A stretch of DNA of 48,751 bases, filler included, from Catajapyx aquilonaris (Eukaryota), in NCBI GenBank assembly GCA_000934665.2. It is 2 parts of 2 records of this genome, joined end to end, with 100 filler letters (N's around TTAATTAATTAA, not from the genome) between each part and the next. Parts side by side here need not be neighbours in the genome. Positions count along the whole stretch, not along the records: positions 1 to 24,341 come from KZ539368.1; 1 more part is not named here. One strand, given 5' to 3'. The translations under genes and the position numbers were made by a program. The notes below the pieces were generated by a model. The model ran no database searches. It had not been told where the DNA came from and saw only the letters and a program-made list of their open reading frames with translations. This document shows positions 1-11,603 of this stretch, piece by piece (within the stretch, counting starts at the first letter, position 1; each line of letters opens with the position of its first letter).

Positions 1-107
1 GTAGAACAATTTTTATATTAGAAGTCGGTGTCAAATTACGGAACAAAATAGTAGACTACGGAGGTGTGTTTTCCGAGGCGAAACTCGGGGGTAGAAATGA
101 CTCTTAA

Positions 108-354
108 AGCTAAACTGAATTCCACTTCAAAACGCCACAAAAAATTAAAAACCAATAAAAAATACGGTTCTATTTTTTTGCTCAATAACTAATGTACGAA
201 AAACGAGAGAACGATCTGACGTCATCGTTTCTTCCATTGTTGCTTTTTGTTGACACTGTTTACTCATATTGTTCTGTGAGGGTATTTCCATGGAAACCTT
301 GATGACTTCAGAGCGTTCTCATTTTCCATACATTATTCGGAATTCGGTTTCTTC
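108..354. mobile_element. Degenerate palindromic MITE, possibly Kolobok-like
   Basis: TTAA|AGCTAAACTGAATTCC at the left partly matches GGAATTCGGTTT at 339-350; inner inverted repeat GAGAACGATCTGACGTCATC (~206-225) / GATGACTTCAGAGCGTTCTC (301-320). Right end decayed. Confidence 0.4.
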
Positions 355-979
355 ATCATAGTGCCGAATGTACAGTAGTATTGTGCAGATCTATGTTCAA
401 AAGCTCACAGTTCCACCTGCTGCAGGATTGGAGTTATCATTTTTTTCCCCCCAATTTTTTCCGTCATACTTCATTTGTTCATGATGCCATAACCAAGCAA
501 CGTCAATACTTGTTTACCAACTTGCCATATTGTTGTTAGCGAAATGTAACCCTGCTGCTCTGGGGTGAATGCATTGTACTTATTACAGTTGAATCGGGAT
601 ATAACAGCCTCGGCTATAACAGACTTTTCGTTATAAAGGCTGGTCCCGGCATGCTTCTATAAGGCCCGGTGTGGGTATTTCACACACTCCTGATATAACA
701 TATTCATGTTCACCTCACCTCAGGTATAAGACACCATTTCTTGGCCCCTCGTTGGGAAAATATAGTTTTCCAGGTATAAAATTTGCAAAAAGGAGACAGC
801 AGAAGAAAATTTCGGATATTTTGGTCCGGCATAATTTTCTGGTGAGCTAATATTGCATTTTTGGCAGATTTCATTAATCAGTATGTAGTCTCATAGTGCA
901 TATTACAGCCATTTGGAAAGCAGAAATCTGTTTTCATTGCAAAAGTTACGATTTGGCTATAACATACCTCGGTTATAAC

Positions 980-2086
980 CAGGGTTGTGAACCAAACCGA
1001 ACCCTTGCTCCGTGAACCCATATAACAGTGGAGCCACTCCGGAGCAGTAGAGCCGGTCCGGAGCGAGAGTCGAAGCTTGGTCCGGGTTCGAGCCGGTTCA
1101 GGGGGAGAGTGTAGCCAAGGTCGGAGCGGGTCCGGAGTTTGGTTGGGAGCTTGCCAGCTTGCTACAGAGTTTGGTTCGGGCCTACGGCTCCGGAGCTGAA
1201 CCCGGTTACGGAGGGAGGTTCGGAGCGGTTCAGAGCTTGGTTAGGTCCAACATACCAACGCAGGCAGAAAAACCACTGGATTTACTCTAGCGTATGCGTC
1301 ATGTTTTCATGGTGGCAGAATGACATTTCCAAGCACCCGTGATATAGGGTGTACTGCAAATGTCACATTATCATGTCATACGCATTTGTTGTATTTCGCA
1401 ATATGTCATACCCATTTTTTGGATGTCACATTTTCATGTCTTACCAAGAGCTAATGGTCATACGCATTTGTTGTATGGGACATTTTCATGTCATAACCAT
1501 TTTTTGTATGTTACAATATGACATTGTAACATCCAAAAAAAGCGTATGACATGAAAATGTGGCATACAACAAATCATATGACATGAAAATGTGGCATGCA
1601 ACAAATCATATGACATGAAAATGTGGCATACAACAAATGCATATGACATGAAAATGTGGCATACAACAAATGCGTATGACATAAAAATGTGGCATTTGCG
1701 GTACACCCTGTATCGCGGGTGCTTGGAAATGTCATTCTGCCACCATGAAAACATGACGCATACGCTGGAGTAAATCCAGTGGGTTTTCTGCCTCTCCCCT
1801 CCGTTGCGTTGGTATGTTGGACCTAACCAAGCTCTGAACCGCTCCGAACCTCCCTCCGGAACAGGGTTCAGCTCCGGAGCCGTTGGCCGAACCAAACTCC
1901 GTAGCAAGCTGGCAAGCTCCCAACCAAACTCCCGACCCGCTCCGACCTTGGCTACACTCTCCCCCTGAACCGGCTCGAACCCGCACCAAGCTCCGATGCT
2001 CGCTCCGGACCAGGCTCTACTGCTCCGGAGTGACTCCGCTGTTATCGGGTTCATGGAGCAAGGGTTCGGTTTGGTTTACAACCCTG
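980..2086. mobile_element. hAT-superfamily foldback MITE (1107 bp)
   Basis: Termini CAGGGTTG...CAACCCTG; perfect 8-bp TSD GTTATAAC (972-979 and 2087-2094); arms are reverse-complementary over most of the length. Confidence 0.9.
1244..1823. mobile_element. Inner palindromic module with ~31-32-bp tandem repeats, possibly a separate TA-flanked insertion
   Basis: TA|GGTCCAACATACCAACGCA ... TGCGTTGGTATGTTGGACC|TA; core of repeated TATGACATGAAAATGTGGCATACAACAAAT units in inverted orientation on the two arms. Confidence 0.5.
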
Positions 2087-3808
2087 GTTATAACAGACTT
2101 TTTCCGCGGTCTCTTGAAGTTTGTTTTATCGGGATTCAACCACACTATTAACCCCTTCGCTACCTGCTATATCGCCATACCTTGAGAAACATGCCAGACA
2201 AATTTGCTGAAATCGTTGCACTTCATGAAAATTAAATATGTTTGGGAGTTTTCAGAATTGACGGAGGCAAGCCACAGATAAGTATTGATTTAATTCTTGC
2301 AAAGTACCAAGATTTCAGCCAATTCGTCCAGTTCTCAATGTAGATATTCCGTATATTTTAGCGTATAGGCTATTTCATGATTAAATCAGACTAACTGTTG
2401 GCCAGTAGCACTAGAATTTCGTTTTCTTACGACTATCTCTGTGAAAATAATTTTAGGGACTTCTAAGCGACGAAAATCGTTTCCAACACATTCATAGTGC
2501 AGAATGTAGTGTAGAGCATAACGACGCTGTGGAGTCAAAACCATGTAACTTGAATAATACTAATTTTTCAGGAGGGCAAAAAACTGAATAAAAAAATTAC
2601 TCTTGCATTGATTGCGATATGGTGTAAAACTTCTTTGGAGCTGTCAAATAAGGTATACATCATGTTGGGCGGCCAGCTTTAAATTGGTAAAAAGGCCACT
2701 TCTTTTTCACTCGTTGTCTATTTCGGCCAATCAGAGACGAGCTAGATGGATTTCTATCGTAGTGTTAGATAGTACTAGGCTAGATATACCTCCATGCCAA
2801 AAATCATTTCTTAAATCAAAGTCGTTTGGGCGTGGTGATTTTTCAAAGGCTACGTCACGTGACCGGCCTACAAGCCTAACCACCCCCAATCGAGGCCGCT
2901 CCTTTCGCACACGGGGCCTACTCACCATCCCCAACAACATATCCAAAGCCCGAAGAAGTCAATTTTGGGATCCTTTTTAGTATGCTTAATGCATGAGGTC
3001 CTTTGTTTTTTAAAGAAAAAAAAATGACTGGTGCAACCTAACAATTATTGAATTTGATTTACTTCATTTGTTGTATGAATGTCATTATTTCTGCATACCC
3101 CGTGACCAACTCTTGCAAGATTTACCTCATGCACCTCCAGATAAACTAGCTTGAGCTTTTCTTAACCCAGATATGCCGAGTGTGCCCTACAGGGGACACC
3201 TGCACAGTTATTACATTTCAATTTTTTGCACAGGTTCTTCTGCTGCTAAAGAGCTGGCGGTAGTGATGGGGGCTTCAGTAGAGTCCCAGCTAACTATACA
3301 AGTTCAAACCTGCTCAATATTGCTTCAGATTTTTAAGATACAGGTGTTTGAATTTTAACGCAGGAAATAATGGCTGCACCTCCACGTTCCGAAGACGATT
3401 AGCAATTAATTCTCGAATGTTGATTAGCATTATGAGTTATTTTTTGTTTGTAATACTTAGAAAACTTATGAATGATAATGTCCATGTGGAAATATAGGCA
3501 TATTTTTTTACTTTCCTTGTCTGAGGGTGGCGTTGAAATCGGGTGTCCCCTATGAGGGACACTCGGCAAATGCACCACAAATGGATCGGCAAGTCAAGCA
3601 CTGGTACTCTAGGGCCTAGGCTACTGTATGCGTCCGGATTTTGTGCGTTTTGTCGAACTGAATTTTTATGAATCCCTATTTTTAAAACGAGGGTTACCCG
3701 GCAACACGGTTACCATGGCAACCATCGTAGCTATGCTGGTAACCCATTGCCATGTACAATCAAACATTATCATGCATACAAACTTTCTCTTTTGGGTACA
3801 GTGAAGCC

Positions 3809-3868
3809 CAGTGGCGGATCTAAAGGGGGGGTGATCGGGGTGATCACCCCGATCACCCCCCCCCCCCC
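3809..3868. mobile_element. Left end of a CAGTGGCGGATC-type (hAT-like) MITE running into the N gap
   Basis: CAGTGGCGGATCTAAAGGGGGGGTGATCGGGGTGATCACCCCGATCACCCCCCC, a GC-rich terminal hairpin; other end not visible. Confidence 0.5.
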
Positions 3869-4049
3869 NNNNNNNNNNNNNNNNNNNNNNNNNNNNNNNN
3901 NNNNNNNNNNNNNNNNNNNNNNNNNNNNNNNNNGCAACGGCGCAAAGCATTGTGGGCAGAGAGTGGGGGAGGAAAAAAAGTGGCGCTGTTGTTGCGGATC
4001 GCGCGCGAACCATTCGATGTCGGATATACATAGTACGGTATATCAGCCG

Positions 4050-4760
4050 TTTCCGCTATATTCGACACGGTATTTATGTCCTATACATACGCCCGTTCCC
4101 GGAAAAATTTCGCAATGGCAAGTTTTTGTAACACTCAGGGTACGTTATGGACAGGTTTCACTACATATTTATCTAGAGCAGCGGTTCTCAAACTGTGTTC
4201 CGCGGAACCCTAGGGTTCCGTGACACCAGCATAGGGGTTCCGCAAAAGATTTGGAAAATATAAAAAATAACATGTTGTGCCTAAAATACAATTGCATCAT
4301 TTCCTTGAAAATTTTTTTTTTTAAACATAACCTTGCCCTACCATTTAACAACAAAAAAACTTATAGGTATTCCTAGTGTAAATTATGAGTAAGATTAGGG
4401 TTCAGTGTTCCGCAAAAGAATTATGAGGTAAATAGTGTTCCGCGGCCCAAAAAGTTTGAGAACCGCTGATCTAGAGTGAATCCTGTCCATAACGGACCCC
4501 GAACGTAACCGAAACTTGCCTATTGCGGAATTTTTCTGGTAACGGGCGTATGGAAAGTACACGATTTCCGCGTCGAATATAGCGGAAATTGTGTAATTTT
4601 CATACGCCAGTTACCAGAAAAATTCCGCAATAGGCAAGTTTCCATTATACACAGGGTCCATTGTGGACAGGGTTCACTGTATATTTATATACAGCGAAAC
4701 CTGTACATATCTGACTAGCAAGTGACTCTAAAATTCCGCAATGAGCAAGTTTCCGCTATA
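4050..4760. repeat. Foldback repeat with a further partial copy
   Basis: Arm 4050-4170 is reverse-complementary to 4477-4588; a related copy with an uninterrupted loop lies at ~4600-4760. Confidence 0.7.
4179..4468. mobile_element. hAT/Charlie-type MITE (290 bp)
   Basis: TIR CAGCGGTTCTCAAACT / AGTTTGAGAACCGCTG; perfect 8-bp TSD ATCTAGAG (4171-4178, 4469-4476) fits the NTCTAGAN Charlie target. Confidence 0.95.
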
Positions 4761-5400
4761 CCCTCCTGAGACCCGAGAAGCCATTTGTGCAATTATTTAG
4801 TAATACTTTGAAAGAACCTTCTGTAGTGGAGGTGTACAAGCCATTATTCAGATTTTCATATTTTTGTTGCAATCACATATTGCAAATTTAGATGTCCTAT
4901 ATATAGGACACTTAACTGGGTCTTAGCTATAACATTCCTTCTCTATATTTTTCAATGAATTAAAAAAACACTTTCATCTTTATTTCAATACAGCAGCCTA
5001 TATCTTACGTTTTCCTTGTATATACAGTATAGCCATACTAGATGTTACATTTGCCGAGTGTCCCCTATAGGGGACGGCACTTTTCTTACAATCTAGCATT
5101 CCATAAATTTTTTAATCATTTTTGTTGTGTTTTGGGGACTATCATGAACTAATAAAATCAAACAAAAACCAAAATTTAAACAAAAAATCTTTCAGCCATA
5201 TCTGGGTTAACCCACCAAAAAAAAACCCCTATTGTCGACATGCATAACTTTTTTGTGAATGTGACAAAAAGAATGGGGTTGATAAACATGTAAACAGGTG
5301 GTTGTGTCCCCCTAAGAGGGTTATTACCCTAAAATCTGGATAAAGAAAAAATAATAAATAAAGGAAAATAAACGTAATCATAAAATATCCAGTCAATAAC

Positions 5401-5485
5401 AATTGGAGGCCTTTATGCACAAAGGAACCAGGTGTCATGTGAGTCACATGACACCTGGTTCCTTTGTGCATAAAGGCCTCCAATT
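5401..5485. repeat. Perfect 85-bp palindrome (42-bp arms, 1-nt loop), probable mini-MITE
   Basis: AATT-GGAGGCCTTTATGCACAAAGGAACCAGGTGTCATGTGA-G-TCACATGACACCTGGTTCCTTTGTGCATAAAGGCCTCC-AATT. Confidence 0.9.
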
Positions 5486-5657
5486 TTTCAGCCATGAGAG
5501 CCACCAAGCATTTAGTTATACTGTACACATATCACACAGAATAAGGTTAGACAGGCCACAGAAAGCGCAGCACCAGAAGTTCAACATGTAGTGAAACACA
5601 TTTGCCTCTCACAACATTGTAGGTAGTAATGGCTGTAGGTAGTAATGTGACATAATA

Positions 5658-6015
5658 CAGGGTGTTTCTTACTAGTATGGCCAACAGCAGTCAGCATATT
5701 CCTTGGGCCAAAACAAGTCAAAAATGTAGGGGGGGGANGTCGAGGGATCAACCATTAACGAGGTAGATGACCAGAAACATTGGCCAGTGGTTGCGTAAGG
5801 AGCAGGATAATCACTTCTGTAAAAAAAGGTGACCTCACAAATCCCAACAGTCATGATTATCATGCTCATATCCTGCTCCCTACGCAACCAATGTTTCTGG
5901 TCATCTACCTTGTTAATGGTTGATCCCTAGACATTTCTCTCCCCTACATTTTCGACTTGTTTTGACCATAGGAATACGCTGACAGCCATTGGTCATACCA
6001 GTAAGAAACACCCTG
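5658..6015. mobile_element. Tc1/mariner-type palindromic MITE; truncated relative follows at 6025-~6140
   Basis: TA|CAGGGTGTTTCTTACT ... AGTAAGAAACACCCTG|TA with long internal inverted arms. Confidence 0.9.
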
Positions 6016-6529
6016 TATGATATACAGGGTGTTTCACTAGTAGGTCAATCAGAAATTAGACTATTCCTTGGCCCAAACCAAGTCTAAAATGTAAGGGGGA
6101 GAAATGTCGAGAGACCAACTGGTAACATGGTAGATAACCCAAGGGCCTACCCCTAGACACAAGCGACAACACACATGACGCTTATATTGCTTATATTTCG
6201 CTCCTTGCAGCCTCCAAGAAATCATCCTAGGAAGAAAATTTTTCACGTGAACACCTCATTTCTGTAACTTGTAGCACAAAATTATTTAATTGTGCAACAA
6301 ATAATTAGCGTCATGTGATAATATATATCACACGAAACAGTAATATAATTATTACACTTTCAAGCAAATTTGGCTTAGCTTTAACTGCATTGCTTGCTCA
6401 CAATATAATCGTCTGGAGAACTACATGATCAAAAATAAAGCACGTGTACAGTCATGTTGTCAGATTTTAATACATATACACAATTTGGTAAATTGTTTGC
6501 ATTATCAAAATAACTTGATAACTACCGTC

Positions 6530-7028
6530 CTTGCCCTAACCCAGAATAATTCAACCACCTTGAAATCGTGGCTGCTCGATTTGCGGAGGCATCACACACT
6601 CATAAACCAACATCCAGGGTGCCGGAAAGGTGCCCACCAAAAAGGGTGAGTCTTGGCCCACGATTACACTAAATATGGAACCTCTAGGATAATTGCCATA
6701 TTTAATTCAAGGTATTTAAAGTGCGTCACACGGTGCAGAACAATTTTCCCTACTAGAGTGGAGTCACATCACCTGACTGATTTATTTTGGCACAGCCAAC
6801 GCTATGGCTGAATTGTTCTGCACCTTGCGACGCACTTTAAATACCTTGTATTAAATTCGGCAATTATCCTTGAGGTTCCATAGCTAGTGTCATTGTGGGT
6901 CAAGGCCCACCCTTTTCGGTGGGCACCTTTCCGGTACCCTGGATGTTGTTTTATGAGAGTGTGACACCTCTCCGCAAATCGAGCAGCCACGATTTCACGG
7001 TGGCTGAATTATTCTGGGTTAGGGCAAG
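6530..7028. mobile_element. Foldback MITE with CTTGCCC termini
   Basis: CTTGCCCTAACCCAGAATAATTCA ... TGAATTATTCTGGGTTAGGGCAAG; imperfect arms of ~215 bp. Confidence 0.8.
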
Positions 7029-7423
7029 TATATTCATGTACAAAATTATTGTGAAGTTTTAAAGAAATGTATTGAATGTATGGAACACCAGGCCTTTTTG
7101 TTAGCATTATTTAAAGAATAATATTATAAAGGAGGGTTGGATGTTAAATAGTGGCAACACTGCGATAGTTTCAAAAGAACGCTTTAATTAACAAATTTGT
7201 TATATACATTCCTTCAATGTAGTCGTCCCCTCACTCCATCCTTTTCTGGACATGTGGGAGGCATTGGATGCCATCAGCAGAGTAATGCTTGTTGATATCT
7301 GCAATCACCCGCCCTAAATAGTGTACTATCGCTTGACTTCTCTGGATAAGTTTCCTCGCACAGCTTCCTTAATTTTTGTGAATAAAATAATCAATATCAC
7401 AAGGGTCATGTCTGTAGAGTAGG

Positions 7424-7502
7424 GAATTATTGCTCCGTTGGCAATGGGGAACACTGCAGCAGGGTGCTGCAGTGTTCCCCATTGCCAACGGAGCAATAAT
7501 TC
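7424..7502. repeat. Perfect 79-bp hairpin (38-bp arms, GGG loop)
   Basis: GAATTATTGCTCCGTTGGCAATGGGGAACACTGCAGCA-GGG-TGCTGCAGTGTTCCCCATTGCCAACGGAGCAATAATTC. Confidence 0.9.
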
Positions 7503-7897
7503 TGTCACTGCAGCTGCGACATGGCACCGAGATAGGGAAGATGGTGTTCCAAGTCGCGGTAGTACTGACAGTGAGCATTGTCATGGACTTCCCGCCACCT
7601 CGATCTTCCACTAAGAACGCTGTTCTAACTTTGATGCCAAGCAAGGCTTAGGGCAGTGGACGAGGATGAGGCCCCTTTGAACTACCCTGTCACCATCACC
7701 AGTAGCACAATCAGGTCTAAACTTGAAATGAACAAGCCCCACGTCTGTGTGGATCTCCCTTCTTGCACTTCTACAACCCCATTTCCGTGCGCAAGGGGAA
7801 CAGGGTTGCCACTATTTAAAATGCATCCCTCGTACACTAATAATCTAAATAATTATCATATTAATATATTATATAACACACACACAACCTTATTATA

Positions 7898-7995
7898 CAG
7901 GGTGTTCCAGATTCATGGATCACTTTTTGATAACTGATATCGCCCGATAGCAGTTATTTTTTTGTAGCTTGTTTTGCCGCCAACCATGTGCCAAT
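7898..7995 (+). mobile_element. Left end of a Tc1/mariner MITE, same family as 14743-14946
   Basis: TA|CAGGGTGTTCCAG...GATAGCAGTTATTTTTTTGTAGCTTGTT is the reverse complement of ~14870-14946. Confidence 0.7.
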
Positions 7996-8176
7996 GCCGT
8001 ATTACCGAATGGGCCCCCGAAGTTTAGGGGCCCCACGGGGGCCCTATTTTTAACTGTCTCTACCGATACACAGCGCCGGCTCGGCGTGTACAGGTCACAG
8101 GGCCCAAAGCTGCTCCTTTGACAATAATACTGAACTTAGAGGGCTAATATTTTCAATAAATGTCAAAAAACATTAA

Positions 8177-8433
8177 CCCTGGAACTGCGACTTGCTTGAA
8201 AGTTACGCTAACCGTGCTGTTTTCATTTTTATTAATTTTTATATAATACTTTCAATGTATTGACTATATCCAATTATTCTTTGAACAGTGCCTAAAATGA
8301 TCGCTAATTCAAAATAAACATGCACTTCCTGTCATATACTTTATTTAAATGGCAAACAGTTCATTGTAATTGTAATTTTAATGCATTTTAATTCCTTTGG
8401 GATCCTAAAAGACCCCACGTCACGGTTCCAGGG
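8177..8433. mobile_element. piggyBac-like MITE
   Basis: TTAA|CCCTGGAACTGCGAC ... GTCACGGTTCCAGGG|TCAA (right TSD has one change). Confidence 0.7.
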
Positions 8434-8662
8434 TCAATTTTGTAACAATTGTCCATACCTCTAATTTTTTTTGTCACAAACCCAAGGGTGCCCCACCGTC
8501 CCCACGCAAGCAGTAGTGACAGTGACATCCAGAATCGCTGATTAGTTTTCCATTTTGTGAACATGCTATTATTAGAGCATAGTCTACATTGCAGAAAATG
8601 AAATGTTATGTGACAGATTTCATCACATTATTTACTCTGTATATATTTGGAAAATACATGTT

Positions 8663-8775
8663 ATACTTGCCCAACCTCAGTGTAGTTCGCCCACCCCCAA
8701 AAAGTGGAGTGGTGGGGGTAATAAACAAAATGTGATACAAAATCTCCATTATGATAATCTGGACTCTAGAATGGA
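8663..8775 (+). repeat. Dispersed repeat end (second copy at ~23587-23700)
   Basis: TATACTTGCCCAACCTCAGTGTAGTTCGCCCACCCC... recurs at ~23587 with clear identity over ~110 bp. Confidence 0.7.
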
Positions 8776-8838
8776 TAATTATGAATTGTAACATTGGAGT
8801 TAGGAGGACACGAAAGTTTAAGTTGATTTGACAGTTAA

Positions 8839-9437
8839 AGGGACACTCCACTCAAAATACAAGTTGGCCCCTAAAAATCGGGGAAAAAATCCTGATTCCG
8901 AATGTGCAATCGGTTTTTTTCTACGCCCAACGGTAACACGGAAAATCATATATCTACACACGTCGTCTGCTAAGAAGGGCGATACAACAGCATCCCGCGG
9001 CAAACCGGAGAAGTATAGAGTGCTCAAGAAACAACTGCCGCGCCAGGCAACACTAGCGCGCCAGCTTTGCAAGTGTGTCATGGGCGGTCATGGGACTGTC
9101 AGGAAGGGTAGAAAAATGGTCAATTGTATGGTAAATAAACATTTTAAAGTCCAGGATGGATTTCACTGTTCAAATTACCACTGCATACGGTTCGAATACG
9201 TTCAGGTTTGAATTTGCGGGCAGAGCTGAGCATACGCCATTTCCCATTCCTGCCGCCACGCGGCGAGGGTGTCGTGAACAGTAGCATACGGTTACAACCG
9301 TATCGCCAAAATACGCGTAACGAGCCGGTTCCCCTGGAGTCATCGTTCATCGGAAAATTTCATTATTGGTGTCGTTGGAATCGTATTTTTTTGCCCGATT
9401 TTTGGGGGCCAACTTGTATTTTGAGTGGAGTGTCCCT
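8839..9437. mobile_element. Kolobok-like MITE (599 bp)
   Basis: TTAA TSD (8835-8838, 9438-9441) with AG...CT termini; perfect TIR AGGGACACTCCACTCAAAATACAAGTTGGCCCC. Confidence 0.8.
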
Positions 9438-9790
9438 TTAACAACTGAAATAAGTATGATTACACCTTGGACAGAGAATTTCCGTGGGGTCTGGTAGATA
9501 TTGATGCCACTACGTTTGTGTGTTACTTAGCAGGACATTAATTTTAAAAATGAACCTGAGGGGCCACACAAATCCTCAGACAGCATTAAAATTAATTACA
9601 AATAATCTACCACGGAATTTTAAAATGTTTATCGCGGCTTGCAGATGTCGAATTTTCTGTGCATTTTTAATGCAAGGATTTTAAAAACCATTTCATGTTA
9701 ATTGAATTGGATTTTTTATCGTAGCACATTGGACTGAGTTCTAAATAGACAATGTTGTCACATTTTCATTTATTTATAAATAACACCGTT

Positions 9791-9797
9791 AGAGAGA

Positions 9798-9856
<59 letters not shown>
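9791..9856 (+). repeat. (GA)n microsatellite
   Basis: Direct inspection. Confidence 0.95.
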
Positions 9857-9859
<3 letters not shown>

Positions 9860-10565
9860 GGGCGTGCTAAGAGGGTTCTGTTGGCCGGTATTTCTCATTC
9901 CCAGTGCACTTGTGACATGGCTTATTAGAATAATTCTCCGCAATAATTACACACTTATACCAAAGCGTATGTCCAACACGAAATAATGTACCCTGTAGTA
10001 TTTGTTCCCGGCTATTTGCGTTATTTTTGCTGCATTTGCAACTGAGATAAATTGAAAGACAGCTTTTACATTAGAGAAGAGGCAAACAGTAACACCATCT
10101 CTGGGCCAAGACGCAGCGCTCCCAAGGGGTCAGAATTCCCGTTAAGGAATGCAAACAGAAATTTTATTTACTATTTTTGACAATGGCCTAAATACTCAGA
10201 AAATCCATCGAAATGGGGGCAAGCGAGAGTAACCCCAATATACAAAAGCGGTGATAGAGTGCTTCCTGAAAATCATCATCCAATCACAATTTTTAATAAT
10301 ACTTTTAAGTTATTCCCATCAATTTTGACAATCAAATTACAAAGTTGGGCAGAAGAACATAAGATTCTCCCAGATTGGCAGGCTGCCTTCCGCTAATCAC
10401 GTGGATGCATGGATCATTTGTTTACTTTTCATATATTAATACAAAAATACCTGGCCAGACCTAAGGGAAAACTTTTTGTGCTCGTTATTGATCTCACTAA
10501 GGCTTTCGACTCACAGTCAGTGAAACATGATAGACTCTTTACAAAACTTGAACAGTTGGGACTGA

Positions 10566-11157
10566 CAAGGGAAGTGTAAGTGTTGTCCATGGAGTTGCTG
10601 AATGAAACTTGGCACAATAATATAGGCAGGTAAGTTATTAAAGAAAATGCAAACAATTTAGGCGAATGCCCACAAGGTCAAAAGTTATGACATCTCGAAC
10701 TCACAAGGGACACTTTCCAAGGTCTCGCCGATTTTCTTGAAATTCGGTACATTGGTAGGCCACCCCAAGGGATGAAAAACGCACCTAAAGTGACCTGCTC
10801 AAAATGACCTGGCGACCCCTTTTTGGGGGGCTACCAATGCACCGAAGTTCAAGAAAATGGGTGAGTTTTCAGCATTTAAAAGTTGACCTCTGCCCCCCAA
10901 AAGGGGGTCACCAGGTCATTTTGAGCAGGTCACTTTAGGTGCATTTTTCATCCCTTGGGGTGGCCTACCAATGTACCGAATTTCAAGAAAATCGGTGAGA
11001 CCTTGGAAAGTGTCCCTTGTGAGTTGGAGAGGTCATAACTTTTGACCTTGTGGGCATTCGCCTAAATTGTTTGCATTTTCTTTAATAACTTACCTGCCTA
11101 TATTATTGTGCCAGGTTTCATTCAGAAACTCCATGGACAACACTTACACTTCCCTTG
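10566..11157. mobile_element. Unclassified near-perfect foldback MITE (592 bp) with 3-bp TSD
   Basis: TGA|CAAGGGAAGTGTAAGTG ... CACTTACACTTCCCTTG|TGA; removing it and one TGA restores the LINE frame KLEQLGLSCRIIMLLKDIY. Confidence 0.9.
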
Positions 11158-11603
11158 TGAGTTGTAGAATAATTATGCTCCTTAAAGATATTTACACCAA
11201 ACTAGAAATAGTGTCAGCACAAAAATAAGACCTCATCAGCATAACTACAGGATTACCACAGGGAGAACCGTTAAGTCCTTTTCTTTTTAACTTATATATA
11301 GTTGATATGTATAATTACATGTTCCGGAGGTGCTAATGGGGTAAACTTTGGGCCTGGCCCGGATGAATAATACTATTGGCTTACACTGATGACAATCCTT
11401 GTTATATGCAGAAAAATATGAATATGTTGGCCAAGTACTTTGACGAAAATGATCTGAAAATTAATTTGGGCAAGACTAAACTTGTCTGTTATCACAAAGG
11501 GGGGAGACAGCCTAACAAAAAACTCTTCTGGAATTCAGAGCTGTTAACACCGGCATCAACTTACACCTATCTAGGGGTTCCAGTCAAATGCTCCGGTAAA
11601 CTA

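Larger units (their letters stand above)
586..2142. mobile_element. Tc1/mariner (pogo/Tigger-like) non-autonomous element, split by a hAT insertion
   Basis: TA|CAGTTGAATCGGGATATAAC at 584-605 and the complementary end GTTTTATCGGGATTCAAC near 2123-2140; GTTATAAC-type subterminal motifs. Confidence 0.65.
3166..5206. mobile_element. piggyBac-like non-autonomous element with nested insertions (spans an assembly gap)
   Basis: TTAA|CCCAGATATG at 3162-3175 and CATATCTGGG|TTAA at 5197-5210; subterminal repeat GCCGAGTGTCCCCTATAGGGGAC at ~3175, ~3540 (inverted) and ~5053. Confidence 0.65.

Noticed and set aside
1350..1700. Regular ~32-bp repeats resembling a CRISPR array
   Set aside because: Head-to-tail units with no unique spacers, inside a eukaryotic MITE, no cas genes.
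2148..2170. TTAA|CCCCTTCGCTACC piggyBac-like start
   Set aside because: No matching right end found, so the extent cannot be defined.
1139..2185. Mirror ORFs on both strands (67-187 aa)
   Set aside because: Products of the palindrome; no recognisable domain.
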